Source: Streptosporangiaceae bacterium
Lineage (GTDB): Bacteria; Actinomycetota; Actinomycetes; Streptosporangiales; Streptosporangiaceae
DNA: 64,000 nucleotides
Direction of reading: 5' to 3'
NCBI GenBank assembly: GCA_036267135.1
Contig: DATAWQ010000079.1
Coordinates: forward strand, 9,342-73,341
Shown here: piece by piece, positions 38,314 through 47,000 of the stretch
Layout: each line of letters starts with the position of its first letter
Position numbering within the stretch: position 1 is the first letter of the stretch
Notes under the pieces: generated by a model
Seen by the model: only the letters and a program-made list of their open reading frames with translations
Told to the model about the DNA's origin: nothing
The model's database searches: none
Position numbers and translations under genes: made by a program

Positions 38314-40692
38314 TCAGGAGGCTTCGGCCACCGACGCCACCGACGCCACCGACGCCACCGACGCCTCCGCCGGCCACGCCTCATCCGGTGGCGGCTCGTC
38401 CGGCCACCCCTCGGCGGGCAGCCCGGGTACGAACTCGGAGGGGAGCAGGCCGGTCAGGCGCGGGGTGAGGCCGGTGTGGCGCCGGCCCGCTCCCGGGGTC
38501 CGCACCGCGACCGCCAGCGCGCGCCGCGAGCCCACCAGCACCACCAGCGACTTGGCCCGGGTGATCGCGGTGTAGAGCAGGTTGCGCCGCAGCATCATCC
38601 AGGACGCGGTGGTGAGCGGGATGACCACGGCCGGGTACTCGCTGCCCTGGGAGCGGTGGATGGTGGCGGCGTAGGCGTGCGAGAGCTCGTCGAGCTCGTC
38701 GAAGCCGTAGTCCACGCTCTCGTCCTCGTCGGTGAGCATGGTGAGCTTGCTGTCCTCCAGCGACATCGCGGTGATCACGCCGACGGTGCCGTTGAAGATG
38801 CCGGCCTCGCCCTTGTCGTAGTTGTTGCGGAGCTGGGTGACCTTGTCCCCCACCCGGAACACCCGCCCGCCGTAGCGCCGCTCCGGCTGCCCCTCGCGGA
38901 ACGGGGTCAGCTTCTCCTGCAGCAGCATGTTCAGGTTCCCGGCCCCGGCCGGGCCGCGGTGCATCGGAGTCAGCACCTGCACGTCACGCCGCGCGTTCAG
39001 GCCGAACCGGCGCGGGATGCGGTGCGCCACGATGTCCACGGTGAGCGCCGCGGTCTCCTCGGTGTCGTCGCAGGTGAACCAGAAGAAGTCGGGGAACCCG
39101 TTGAGCCGGGGCGGCGTGCCGACGTTGACCCGGTGCGCGTTGACCACGATGCCGGACTGCTGGGCCTGCCGGAAAATCTTGGTCAGCCGGGTCCGCGGGA
39201 TCACGTCCGAGGCGGCCAGCAGGTCGCGCAGCACCTCGCCGGCGCCGACCGAAGGCAGCTGGTCCACGTCGCCGACCAGCAGCAGGTGCGCTCCCCGCGG
39301 CACCGCCTTGACCAGCTTGTTGGCCAGGATCAGGTCGGTCATCGAGGACTCGTCGAGCACGACCAGGTCCGCGTCGAGCGGGTTGTCCCTGTCGTATTTC
39401 GGCTCACCGCCGGGCTGGAGCTGCAGCAGCCGGTGCACGGTGGACGCCTCGTGCCCGGTCAGCTCGGCCAGCCGCTTGGCGGCCCGCCCGGTGGGCGCGA
39501 GCAGCGCGATCTTGGCCTTCTTGGCCTGGGCCAGCTCCACGATCGAGCGGACGGTGAAGCTCTTGCCGCAGCCGGGCCCGCCGGTCAGCACCGCCACCCG
39601 CTCGGTCAGCGCCAGCCGCACCGCCTGCTCCTGCTCGGGCGCGAGGTCCGCGCCGGTCCGGCCGTGCAGCCAGGTCAGCGCCTGCTCCCAGTCCACGTCG
39701 GCGAATCCGGGCATCCGGTCCTCGTCGGTGTGCAGCAGGTCAAGCAGCCCGGCGGCCAGCGACCGCTCGGCCCGGTGGAACGGCACCAGGTAGACCCCCG
39801 GCACCTCGTGATCCCCCACCGGGACGTCCTCCCTGATCACACCCTCGTCGACGGCAAGCTGCTCCAGACAGGGGGTGACCAGGTCCCGGTCCACGTCGAG
39901 GATCTTCGTGGCGTCGGTGATCAGGTTGGGCACCGGCAGGAAGCAGTGCCCGTCGTCGGTGGCCTCGGACAGGGTGTACTGCAGCCCCGCCTTGATCCGC
40001 TCCGGGCTGTCGTGCGGTATGCCGACCGCCTGGGCGATCGTGTCCGCGGTCTTGAAGCCGATCCCCCACACGTCCGAGGCCAGCCGGTACGGCTCGTTGC
40101 GGACGACGGCGATCGCGCCGTCGGAGTACTTCTTGTAGATCCGCACGGCCAGCGAGGTGGACACCCCCACGCCCTGCAGGAAGACCATCACCTCCTTGAT
40201 GGCCTTCTGCTCCTCCCAGGCGTCGGCGACCCGCTGGGTGCGCTTGGGCCCGACGCCGGGCACCTCGATCAGCCGCTTGGGCTCCTCCTCGATGACCCGC
40301 AGCACGTCCACCCCGAAGTGCGCGACCATCCGCTCGGCCATCACCGGCCCGATCCCCTTGATCAGCCCGGAGCCCAGGTAGCGCTGGATGCCCTGAATGG
40401 TCGCGGGCAGCACGGTCGTGTACGACCGCACCTCGAACTGCCGCCCGTACCGCGGATGGTTGGTCCACCGGCCGCTCAGCCGCAGGCTCTCCCCCACGTT
40501 CGCGCCCAGCAGCGGCCCCACCACGGTGAGCAGGTCGGGCCCGGCCCGGTCGGCGGCCACCCGGGCGATGGTGTAGCCAGTCTCCTCGTTGGCGTAGGTG
40601 ACCCGCTCCAGCACGGCTTCGAGCACCGACTCGGCCGGCCCTGGGGGGTGGGGACTGGTCACGGGGGCCATCCTGCCGTAGATGCCCGACAT
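38314..40692 (-). CDS. recD2: RecD2-type SF1B ATP-dependent DNA helicase
   Basis: About 790 aa. N-terminal VERVTYANEETGYTIARV, HhH region, Walker A GGPGCGKS, DESSM, GDVDQLPSVGAGEV, YAATIHRSQGSE. An alternative ATG lies at 40671. The 1123-aa ORF in the track reads on antisense into the Nudix gene. C-terminal SVA x4 comes from the 9-nt repeat at 38328-38363. Confidence 0.9.
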   Translation of the reverse strand: MSGIYGRMAPVTSPHPPGPAESVLEAVLERVTYANEETGYTIARVAADRAGPDLLTVVGPLLGANVGESLRLSGRWTNHPRYGRQFEVRSYTTVLPATIQGIQRYLGSGLIKGIGPVMAERMVAHFGVDVLRVIEEEPKRLIEVPGVGPKRTQRVADAWEEQKAIKEVMVFLQGVGVSTSLAVRIYKKYSDGAIAVVRNEPYRLASDVWGIGFKTADTIAQAVGIPHDSPERIKAGLQYTLSEATDDGHCFLPVPNLITDATKILDVDRDLVTPCLEQLAVDEGVIREDVPVGDHEVPGVYLVPFHRAERSLAAGLLDLLHTDEDRMPGFADVDWEQALTWLHGRTGADLAPEQEQAVRLALTERVAVLTGGPGCGKSFTVRSIVELAQAKKAKIALLAPTGRAAKRLAELTGHEASTVHRLLQLQPGGEPKYDRDNPLDADLVVLDESSMTDLILANKLVKAVPRGAHLLLVGDVDQLPSVGAGEVLRDLLAASDVIPRTRLTKIFRQAQQSGIVVNAHRVNVGTPPRLNGFPDFFWFTCDDTEETAALTVDIVAHRIPRRFGLNARRDVQVLTPMHRGPAGAGNLNMLLQEKLTPFREGQPERRYGGRVFRVGDKVTQLRNNYDKGEAGIFNGTVGVITAMSLEDSKLTMLTDEDESVDYGFDELDELSHAYAATIHRSQGSEYPAVVIPLTTASWMMLRRNLLYTAITRAKSLVVLVGSRRALAVAVRTPGAGRRHTGLTPRLTGLLPSEFVPGLPAEGWPDEPPPDEAWPAEASVASVASVASVAEAS

Positions 40693-40752
40693 TTTTGGCC
40701 ATGAACGGCTGCGCCAAGAAATGCGTCGCCTCCTGGCCGGTAGCATCGCCGC

Positions 40753-41697
40753 ATGGTCGAGGCGGTCGGCGTGGTCGGGGCACTGATCCGGGACAGCCGC
40801 AACCGGGTCTACGCCCACCGCCGCACCGCCAGCCGCAAGCTGCTGCCGGGCACCTGGGACGTGGTGGGCGGGCACGTCGAGCCGGGCGAGACGCCGGAGC
40901 AGGCGCTGGGCAGGGAGATCGAAGAGGAGACCGGCTGGCGGCTGCGCCGGATCGAGGCCGAGTTCGCGACCTGGGACTGGGAGCATCACGGCGTGCTCAG
41001 GCACGAGATCGACTACCTGGTCGAGGTGGACGGGGACCTGGCCGCGCCCCGGCTGGAGGAGGGCAAGCACGACGCCTGCGCCTGGGTCGGCCCGGGCAAC
41101 CTGGAGCTGATGATGGCCGGCCGAACCGACGGCGACCGGCGGCTGCGCGACATCGTGGCCCGGGCGGTGCGGACCCGGCTCACCGAGCGGTTGCGGCTGG
41201 AGCCGCTTGGCCGCTGGAACGCCGGGGACCTGTGGCGGTTGCACTACGACGAGGGCGTCGCCGCCTGGTGGGAGGGCCGGTTCACCGTCGCCGCCACCGA
41301 GGACAGGGCCGCCTGGTACGGGGCGGGCTGGGAGCGGCACGGGGTGGGCAAGTGGATGGCCTACCGGCGGCGTGACGGCCAGATGGTGGGCCGCGGTGGC
41401 TTGTCCTTCAGCGAGGTGGACGGGCAGGAGCGGTTCGAACTCGGCTGGACGGTGCTCAGCGGCCTGTGGGGCCAGGGCTACGCCACCGAGATGGGCCGGG
41501 CCGGGCTGGACTTCGCCTTCGGCGACCTCGGCGCCGCGCAGGTCGTCTCGTTCACCGAACCGCACAACCGGCGCTCGCGGGCGGTGATGGAACGCCTCGG
41601 CTTCCGCTACGCCCGGGACATCGACCACCACGGCGAGCGCTTCGTGCTCTACGAGATGGACGCCGCGAACCCCAGTAAAACCCAAGCTGACCGGTAG
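40753..41697 (+). CDS. NUDIX hydrolase - GNAT acetyltransferase fusion protein
   Basis: 314 aa. Nudix box GGHVEPGETPEQALGREIEEETG. The C-terminal half is RimJ/RimL-type GNAT (GWTVLSGLWGQGYATEMGRAGLDFAF). TAGCAT lies 6 nt upstream of the ATG, suggesting a leaderless mRNA. Confidence 0.85.
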   Translation: MVEAVGVVGALIRDSRNRVYAHRRTASRKLLPGTWDVVGGHVEPGETPEQALGREIEEETGWRLRRIEAEFATWDWEHHGVLRHEIDYLVEVDGDLAAPRLEEGKHDACAWVGPGNLELMMAGRTDGDRRLRDIVARAVRTRLTERLRLEPLGRWNAGDLWRLHYDEGVAAWWEGRFTVAATEDRAAWYGAGWERHGVGKWMAYRRRDGQMVGRGGLSFSEVDGQERFELGWTVLSGLWGQGYATEMGRAGLDFAFGDLGAAQVVSFTEPHNRRSRAVMERLGFRYARDIDHHGERFVLYEMDAANPSKTQADR

Positions 41698-41718
41698 TTC
41701 GGGAAACTAGGTATTGAC

Positions 41719-41763
41719 GTTACTGGCGCGTAATGTTACTTATTAACGTAACCCCGCTGTTAC
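41719..41763 (+). promoter_or_regulatory. Two GTnAC-N6-GTnAC-type boxes (response-regulator-like direct repeats) upstream of the SGNH hydrolase gene
   Basis: GTTAC-tggcgc-GTAAT at 41719-41734 and GTAAC-cccgct-GTTAC at 41748-41763, plus GTTAC at 41735. 11-nt phasing in a low-GC stretch containing TTGACG (41714-41719). Confidence 0.3.
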
Positions 41764-41785
41764 CTCACGTGTGCAAGGAGATACC

Positions 41786-42601
41786 GTGCCGCCGCGTGCT
41801 TTCCCCCGCTATCGATTGCTGCTCGTACCCATTGCCGCCGCTGCCACCGCGTTCCCCGTTCTGGCCTCGGGCGCCGTGGCCCACGCCTCGAGTTCGGTGC
41901 ACTACGTCGCCCTCGGTGACTCCTACTCCTCCGGCCTCGGCGCCGGGGACGAGGGCGACGGCAGTTGCGACCAGAGCCCCAACGCCTACTCCGCCCTGTG
42001 GGCGGCGCAGAACGCTCCCGCCTCCTACGTGACGGAAGCCTGCGCGGGCGCGACCACGAGCGACGTGATCAGCGGTCAGCTCTCCGCGCTCAGCGGCTCG
42101 ACCTCGCTGGTGTCGATCACCATCGGCGGCAACGACGTCGGGTTCAGCAGCGTCATGGAGACCTGCGTGCTGGACAGCACGAGTTCGTGCGTGAGCGCGA
42201 TCGACCAGGCCGAGAGCGAGATGCACTCCACGCTGCCCGGCGCGCTGGACACCACGTTCGCCGACATCAACGCCGACGCGCCCAGCGCGAACGTCGTGGT
42301 GCTCGACTATCCCGACCTGTACGACCTGTCCCAGTCCTCGGGCTGCATCGGTCTGAGCACCACCGACCGCACCGACCTGAACCAGGCCGCGGACGAGCTG
42401 GACAGTGTCGAGCAGACCGCCGCACAGAACGAGGGTGACACGTTCGCCGACATCAGGTCGGCGTTCAGCGGTCACCAGATCTGCGACTCCGACAGCTGGC
42501 TGCACTCGGTCAACTTCCTCGACATCGACGAGTCCTACCACCCGACCGCCACGGGCCAGGCCGACGGTTACCTGCCGGTCTTCAGCGACGCGGCCGGCTG
42601 A
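41786..42601 (+). CDS. Secreted SGNH/GDSL-family hydrolase (lipase/esterase)
   Basis: GTG 41786 with AAGGAG upstream. Signal peptide. Block I ALGDSYSSG, block III GGND, block V DxxH (ESYHP). Confidence 0.85.
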   Translation: MPPRAFPRYRLLLVPIAAAATAFPVLASGAVAHASSSVHYVALGDSYSSGLGAGDEGDGSCDQSPNAYSALWAAQNAPASYVTEACAGATTSDVISGQLSALSGSTSLVSITIGGNDVGFSSVMETCVLDSTSSCVSAIDQAESEMHSTLPGALDTTFADINADAPSANVVVLDYPDLYDLSQSSGCIGLSTTDRTDLNQAADELDSVEQTAAQNEGDTFADIRSAFSGHQICDSDSWLHSVNFLDIDESYHPTATGQADGYLPVFSDAAG

Positions 42602-42613
42602 CCGCACGCTCCC

Positions 42614-42651
42614 CTGATCCGGGCCCGGCCGCGCGGCCGGGCCCGGATCAG
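42614..42651. terminator. Bidirectional terminator (near-perfect 18-bp palindrome ctgatccgggcccggccg/cggccgggcccggatcag)
   Basis: Between the convergent genes ending at 42601 (+) and 42652 (-). Confidence 0.7.
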
Positions 42652-43383
42652 TCATGCCGCGGCCGTGTCGGCCAGCGCGGCGGCCAGGTCGCCCGGCCGT
42701 GACCACATCGGCCAGTGCCCGGTCGGCAAGTCGATGTAGCTGACCTTCAGCCGGGGCAGCTCCGCGAACCACCGATGCCCCTCGGCGGCCAGCCTCATGA
42801 TCTCCGAAGAGGGGAAGCTGCTGGTGATCATCGTGACCGGCACCTGCTCCCTGGCCGGGTTGACCAGCCGGATCGGCTCGCGGGCGGGACCCGCGGGCTG
42901 GGGCAGGGCCCGGTCGGCCCACCGGGCCAGCGTGGCCTCGTCCAACCCGGCCAGGCTGACCCCATCGGCCTCGAACTCGGCCCAGGACGGCAGCGGGATC
43001 TCGGTCACGTCCGGGCCGGGCGTGGGCTGGTGAGTGGCGCCGTCGGGCTGCGGGCCGCTGTCCACGTAGACGACGCGGCGGATCCGGTCCGGTATCAGAT
43101 CGGTGACCGCTGACACGATCCGGCCCGCGCCGCTGTGCCCGGCGAGGATTACCCCCGGGTCCAGGGCGGCTACGTGTTCGGTCACCGCGTTCACGTGGTC
43201 GGCCAGGGTGACGCCGGCCCGCGGGGTGTCGCGGCCTTCCAGCCCGGGCAGGGTCATCGCCTCGACGCGGTGGCCCGCGGCGCGCAGCGGCCCGGCCACC
43301 TCGTCCCAGGCCCAGGCGCCCAGCCAGAAGCCGGGGACGAGAACGAAGGTGGCGCTCGGCGCGGAACTATTGGTTTCTGTCAT
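42652..43383 (-). CDS. Alpha/beta hydrolase
   Basis: 243 aa from ATG 43383. FVLVPGFWLGAWAW, nucleophile elbow GHSGAG, C-terminal HWPMWS. Confidence 0.85.
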   Translation of the reverse strand: MTETNSSAPSATFVLVPGFWLGAWAWDEVAGPLRAAGHRVEAMTLPGLEGRDTPRAGVTLADHVNAVTEHVAALDPGVILAGHSGAGRIVSAVTDLIPDRIRRVVYVDSGPQPDGATHQPTPGPDVTEIPLPSWAEFEADGVSLAGLDEATLARWADRALPQPAGPAREPIRLVNPAREQVPVTMITSSFPSSEIMRLAAEGHRWFAELPRLKVSYIDLPTGHWPMWSRPGDLAAALADTAAA

Positions 43384-43422
43384 AGCCCCAGCTTGCCGCA
43401 CCGGCCGCCGGGCTCGGCGGCG

Positions 43423-43710
43423 ATGGGCGCGGTGGAGACGGCACTGGCCCGCCGGGTCGTGGTGGCGCTGAGCTACCGGGACGCGGCCGGGCGGCGCACC
43501 CGCCGCCGGGTCGAGCCGCACCTGCTCGCCTGCGACCGGGGCGTCTGGTACCTGATCGGCTGGTGCCTGCGGCGCGACGCGGTCCGGTGGTTCCGCTGGG
43601 ACCGGATCGAGGACGCGCACACGACCACTGAGCCGGTGACGGACCGGGACGTCGGCGACTTCGGCACACCGCCGCCGGACGCCCACCCGGTGGGCCTGGC
43701 GCCTGGGTAG
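43423..43710 (+). CDS. WYL-domain-only ORF (likely remnant of a YafY/PafC-type regulator lacking its HTH)
   Basis: 95 aa: VVALSYRDAAGRRTRRRVEPHLLACDRGVWYLIGWCLRRDAVRWFRWDRI. There is no room for an N-terminal HTH, because the divergent hydrolase starts at 43383. Confidence 0.5.
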   Translation: MGAVETALARRVVVALSYRDAAGRRTRRRVEPHLLACDRGVWYLIGWCLRRDAVRWFRWDRIEDAHTTTEPVTDRDVGDFGTPPPDAHPVGLAPG

Positions 43711-43714
43711 GGGC

Positions 43715-44518
43715 TCAGCCGAACAGCGCGAGCAGGGGGGCCGCCACGTCGTCGGCCAGCAGCGTCCGCAACTGGTGCTGGGTGGCATCGAACTCGCCGG
43801 GCGGCGGCGGGGCCGGGTACTTGTGCCCGGCAAAATTCAGGTAGCGCCGCTGGTTCAGCTCGACCTGGACCGCGTCTACCCGGTCGTGGCCGGCGAACCG
43901 CCGGACCGTCCAGCCGCCGCTGAACCGCTCGTTCAGCGCCACGCTGAAGCCCCGGCCGGTGAAGGCGTCGGCCAGCAGCCGCACCGTGGCGGGCCGGGCG
44001 GTGCGCCCGTTCCGATCGCCCAGGATGACGTCGGCGCCCAGCGGGACGCCGAAGCTGTGCAGGTCGAGCAGCAGCAGCCGGGAGAACCGGCCCAGGAGCC
44101 GCTCGACCGCCGCGTCGATGGCCCGGTGGAACGGCGCGTGCACGACCCGGATCCGGTGCCCTATCTCGGCCGGGCTGAGCGCCTGGCGGTAGACCGCGCG
44201 GCCGTTCGGCATCTGCGCGTACACCACGCTGGCCCAGAACTTGCCGTGCTGCGGGGCCGCCGGATCGCGGTTCACGTCGGCCACGAACCGGCTGAACGTC
44301 GTGGTGATCGTGGTGATGCCGAGGCTCGGCAGGAACGCGTACAGCTCCCTGGTGAGCCAGTCCGACCACAGGATGTCCGGGCTGACCGCGAGGTCGGCGG
44401 CGAACTCGGCCGGATAGTCCCGGCCGCCGTGCGGCAGGCAGGCCACGACCGGGACCTCGGGGGCTTCGGGTTCGAGCACCCACCGGGAGCCGAGGCTGAG
44501 GTCGGCGGCGTGGTCCAT
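43715..44518 (-). CDS. N-formylglutamate amidohydrolase family protein
   Basis: 267 aa. LPHGGRDYP, FSRFVADVNRD, LLLDLHSF, VQVELNQRRY. Confidence 0.8.
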   Translation of the reverse strand: MDHAADLSLGSRWVLEPEAPEVPVVACLPHGGRDYPAEFAADLAVSPDILWSDWLTRELYAFLPSLGITTITTTFSRFVADVNRDPAAPQHGKFWASVVYAQMPNGRAVYRQALSPAEIGHRIRVVHAPFHRAIDAAVERLLGRFSRLLLLDLHSFGVPLGADVILGDRNGRTARPATVRLLADAFTGRGFSVALNERFSGGWTVRRFAGHDRVDAVQVELNQRRYLNFAGHKYPAPPPPGEFDATQHQLRTLLADDVAAPLLALFG

Positions 44519-44623
44519 GAGTCCAGAGTGCGGCTACGCGGGGATTCGCACCACGTTTCTTGGCGAAGCCGTTCATGGATGGGAAGGGTTAACGGATCAG
44601 GGACGACTTGATCCTCTGGGCTG

Positions 44624-45034
44624 TCAGCGGAGCGCGTCCACAACGAGGACGGCCAGGGCCATGAGGGTAAACAGCGTGTAGGCGCCCAGCGGGCGGCCGC
44701 GGTCGCCGGCCTGGGTCTGGCGGGCCAGGACCCAGCCGAATATCGCGGTCTCCAGGGTGGCGCCGATCACGCCTATGACCGGGGTGAACAGGCCGGCGAT
44801 GACGGCGGCGCTGCCGGCCAGGTGCAGCACGCCGAGCAGCGGGACGACCCAGAGGTTGCGGCCTTCGAGCAGGCCGAGGCGGGTGAGGCTGTCCAGGCGG
44901 GTGAGGCCGGCCTTGGCCCGCATCAGGTCGGCCAGGGCCGACGGGACGGTCTCGAGCAGCAGCAGGATCGTCAGCACGACGGCGGCGGCGAACACGGGGG
45001 TCACTTTAGGGTGCGCGCGGCACAACCGGCGCAT
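44624..45034 (-). CDS. DoxX-family membrane protein
   Basis: 136 aa with 4 TM segments and DoxX-like GLLEGRNLWVVPLLGVLHLAGSAAVIAGLF. Start uncertain. Confidence 0.65.
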   Translation of the reverse strand: MRRLCRAHPKVTPVFAAAVVLTILLLLETVPSALADLMRAKAGLTRLDSLTRLGLLEGRNLWVVPLLGVLHLAGSAAVIAGLFTPVIGVIGATLETAIFGWVLARQTQAGDRGRPLGAYTLFTLMALAVLVVDALR

Positions 45035-45103
45035 GAATAAGTCCGGGATCGCCGGTGGGCGGGCCGGCGTGGTCAGCCTGGCCCGCCCCGGCGCGGGTGC
45101 CGG

Positions 45104-45445
45104 TCAGCCCCAGGCGCCCGCGACCTGGCGGGTGGGGGCGTTGAGGCGGTTGAAGAGGTTGGTGCAGGCGATGCTGAGGAGGAGGGCGGCCAGGCCCTGC
45201 TCGTCGTAGTGCCTGACGGCCTCGTCCCAGATGTCGTCGGGCACCGGGTCGGGCCGGTCGGCCAGCCGGGTAACGGCCTCGGCCAGGGCCAGCGCGGCCC
45301 GCTCGGCGTCGGTGAAGAACGGCGCCTCGCGCCAGGCGGCCACCGTGGCCAGCCGGTCCTCGGTCTCGCCCGACTTCCTGGCTCCGGTGGCGCCGCCGTG
45401 CAGGCAAGAACTGCAGCCGTTGATCTGGCTGACCCGCAGGTGCAC
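45104..45445 (-). CDS. Carboxymuconolactone decarboxylase / AhpD-like protein (N-terminally short or disrupted)
   Basis: LRVSQINGCSSCLHGG (CxxC) and FTDAERAALALAEAVT. The family-like reading frame continues upstream to a TGA at about 45562 with no ATG, GTG or TTG before GTG 45445. Confidence 0.65.
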   Translation of the reverse strand: MHLRVSQINGCSSCLHGGATGARKSGETEDRLATVAAWREAPFFTDAERAALALAEAVTRLADRPDPVPDDIWDEAVRHYDEQGLAALLLSIACTNLFNRLNAPTRQVAGAWG

Positions 45446-45553
45446 CAGGGCCGTCGTGGCCGGCGGGAGGCCTCCTGCGGCGGGGGCTTCTTCATTCCTG
45501 ACGGGTCTGGGCGTCGCGGATTTGACGTCCTTGGCTAAGGATAGTAGCTTTTC

Positions 45554-45570
45554 AGCTATAAGTCATAGCT
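45554..45570. promoter_or_regulatory. Inverted repeat AGCTAT-N5-ATAGCT in the divergent promoter (candidate TetR operator)
   Basis: Lies just upstream of the AAGGAGG RBS of the hydrolase-TetR pair and adjacent to the AhpD-like gene. GCTAAGGA occurs twice (about 45534 and 45568). Confidence 0.35.
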
Positions 45571-45585
45571 AAGGAGGACGGGACG

Positions 45586-46428
45586 ATGCCTGCTACCGAG
45601 TTCCTGGACCTGGCGGAGGGGAACCGCCTGGCCTACGACGTCACCGGGCCGAGCGATGCGCCGCTGGTCATCTGCACACCGGGCATGGGCGACCATCGCC
45701 AGGTCTACCGGTTCCTGGCCCCGCAGATCGTGGCCGCGGGCTACCGCGTGGCCACCATGGACCTGCGCGGCGAGGGCGAGTCCAGCGCCAATTGGGGCGA
45801 CTACGCGTCGGCGGCCAGCGGCGCCGACCTGGTCGCGCTGGCCCGTCACCTCGGCGGCGGGGGGCCGGCCGTGTTCGTCAGCAACTCCTACTCGGGCGCG
45901 GCCAGCATCGTCGCCGCGGCCGACACCCCCGAGGTGGTCGCGGGGCTGGCCATGACCGGCCCATGGACCCGCAACCCGCCGGAGGCCGGCGGGATCAAGG
46001 GACTGGCCGCGAAGGCTGCGATCTTCCTGGCCGGGCGGATCACCCCGATGTGGACCGCGTACTACAAGTCCCTGTACAAGGGGGCCAAGCCGGACGACCT
46101 GAACGGCTACGCCAAGGCGCTCGGCGCGAGCCTGCGGGAGCCGGGCAGGATGGCCGCGCTGCGCGGGATGATGGCCGGCGGCCACGCCGCCGCCGCCGCG
46201 AAGCTGGCCTCGGTCCGGTGCCCGGCCCTGATCGTGATGGGCAGCGCCGACCCGGACTTCCCCGACCCAGCCGCCGAGGCTCAGTGGATCAAGCAGCAGC
46301 TCGCCGGGAGCGGCCAGGACACCGAGGTCGTGATGCTGCCCGGCTGCGGCCACTACCCGATCGCCGAGGCCCCCGAGCCGACCGGCCAGGCCGTGCTCAC
46401 CTTCCTGGCGAAGGTCCACGGTGCCTAG
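45586..46428 (+). CDS. Alpha/beta hydrolase
   Basis: 280 aa with AAGGAGG RBS. Nucleophile elbow SNSYSG, C-terminal GCGHYP. Confidence 0.85.
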   Translation: MPATEFLDLAEGNRLAYDVTGPSDAPLVICTPGMGDHRQVYRFLAPQIVAAGYRVATMDLRGEGESSANWGDYASAASGADLVALARHLGGGGPAVFVSNSYSGAASIVAAADTPEVVAGLAMTGPWTRNPPEAGGIKGLAAKAAIFLAGRITPMWTAYYKSLYKGAKPDDLNGYAKALGASLREPGRMAALRGMMAGGHAAAAAKLASVRCPALIVMGSADPDFPDPAAEAQWIKQQLAGSGQDTEVVMLPGCGHYPIAEAPEPTGQAVLTFLAKVHGA

Positions 46429-46996
46429 AGCGGGTTTGTCGGCCGCCGCGGTCACCGACATCGCCATCGCCATCATCGACGACGAGGGCGTCGAGGCGCT
46501 GACCCTGACCGCTGTGGCCAAGCGGGCCGGGGTGGCGGCGCCGTCGCTGTACAAGCATGTGCGCAGCGTGGCCGACCTGCACGACCACGTGGCGGCGCAC
46601 GTAGTGGCGGAGATGCGCGAGCGGCTGGCCGCCGCGGTCATGGGCCGCAGCCTGGACGACGCCACCCGCGCGCTGATGCGGGCCTACCGCGACTACGTGA
46701 TCAGCTACCCGAACCGCTACGCCGTCTTTCCCCAGGCGCCGCCGCGCAATCCGGACCTGGCCGCGGCCGCCGACCGGCTGCTCGACGTGGCGCTGGCCCT
46801 GCTGCGCGGCTACGGGCTAGAGGGGACGCAGGCCGTCCACGCGGCCCGCTGCCTGCGGTCCGTCGCGCACGGTTTCGCCTCGCTGCAGGCGGCGGGCGCG
46901 TTCGAGCTGCCGGAGAACCTCGACATCAGCTACGACTACCTGACCGGCATGCTCACCGACGGGATCGCCAGGATCGCCGCGGACCAGGCGGCCTGA
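46421..46996 (+). CDS. TetR/AcrR-family transcriptional regulator
   Basis: 191 aa. HTH LTLTAVAKRAGVAAPSLYKHV. Overlaps the hydrolase 3' end by 8 nt. Confidence 0.9.
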   Translation: MPRAGLSAAAVTDIAIAIIDDEGVEALTLTAVAKRAGVAAPSLYKHVRSVADLHDHVAAHVVAEMRERLAAAVMGRSLDDATRALMRAYRDYVISYPNRYAVFPQAPPRNPDLAAAADRLLDVALALLRGYGLEGTQAVHAARCLRSVAHGFASLQAAGAFELPENLDISYDYLTGMLTDGIARIAADQAA

Positions 46997-47000
46997 TCCG

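Noticed and set aside
40701-40760. Small ORFs starting MNG(C/F)AKK at the recurrent motif sites (also 35931 and 44576)
   Set aside because: The reading frames continue as long shadow ORFs overlapping real genes. The peptides share only the first 5-7 residues dictated by the DNA motif. The fourth site has CTG instead of ATG. A DNA- or RNA-level function is more likely.
38314-41685. 1123-aa version of the RecD2 ORF
   Set aside because: The extra 331 N-terminal codons are antisense to the well-supported Nudix-GNAT gene and lack helicase similarity. The RecD2 N-terminal domain (VERVTYANEE) begins just after the ATGs at 40692 and 40671.
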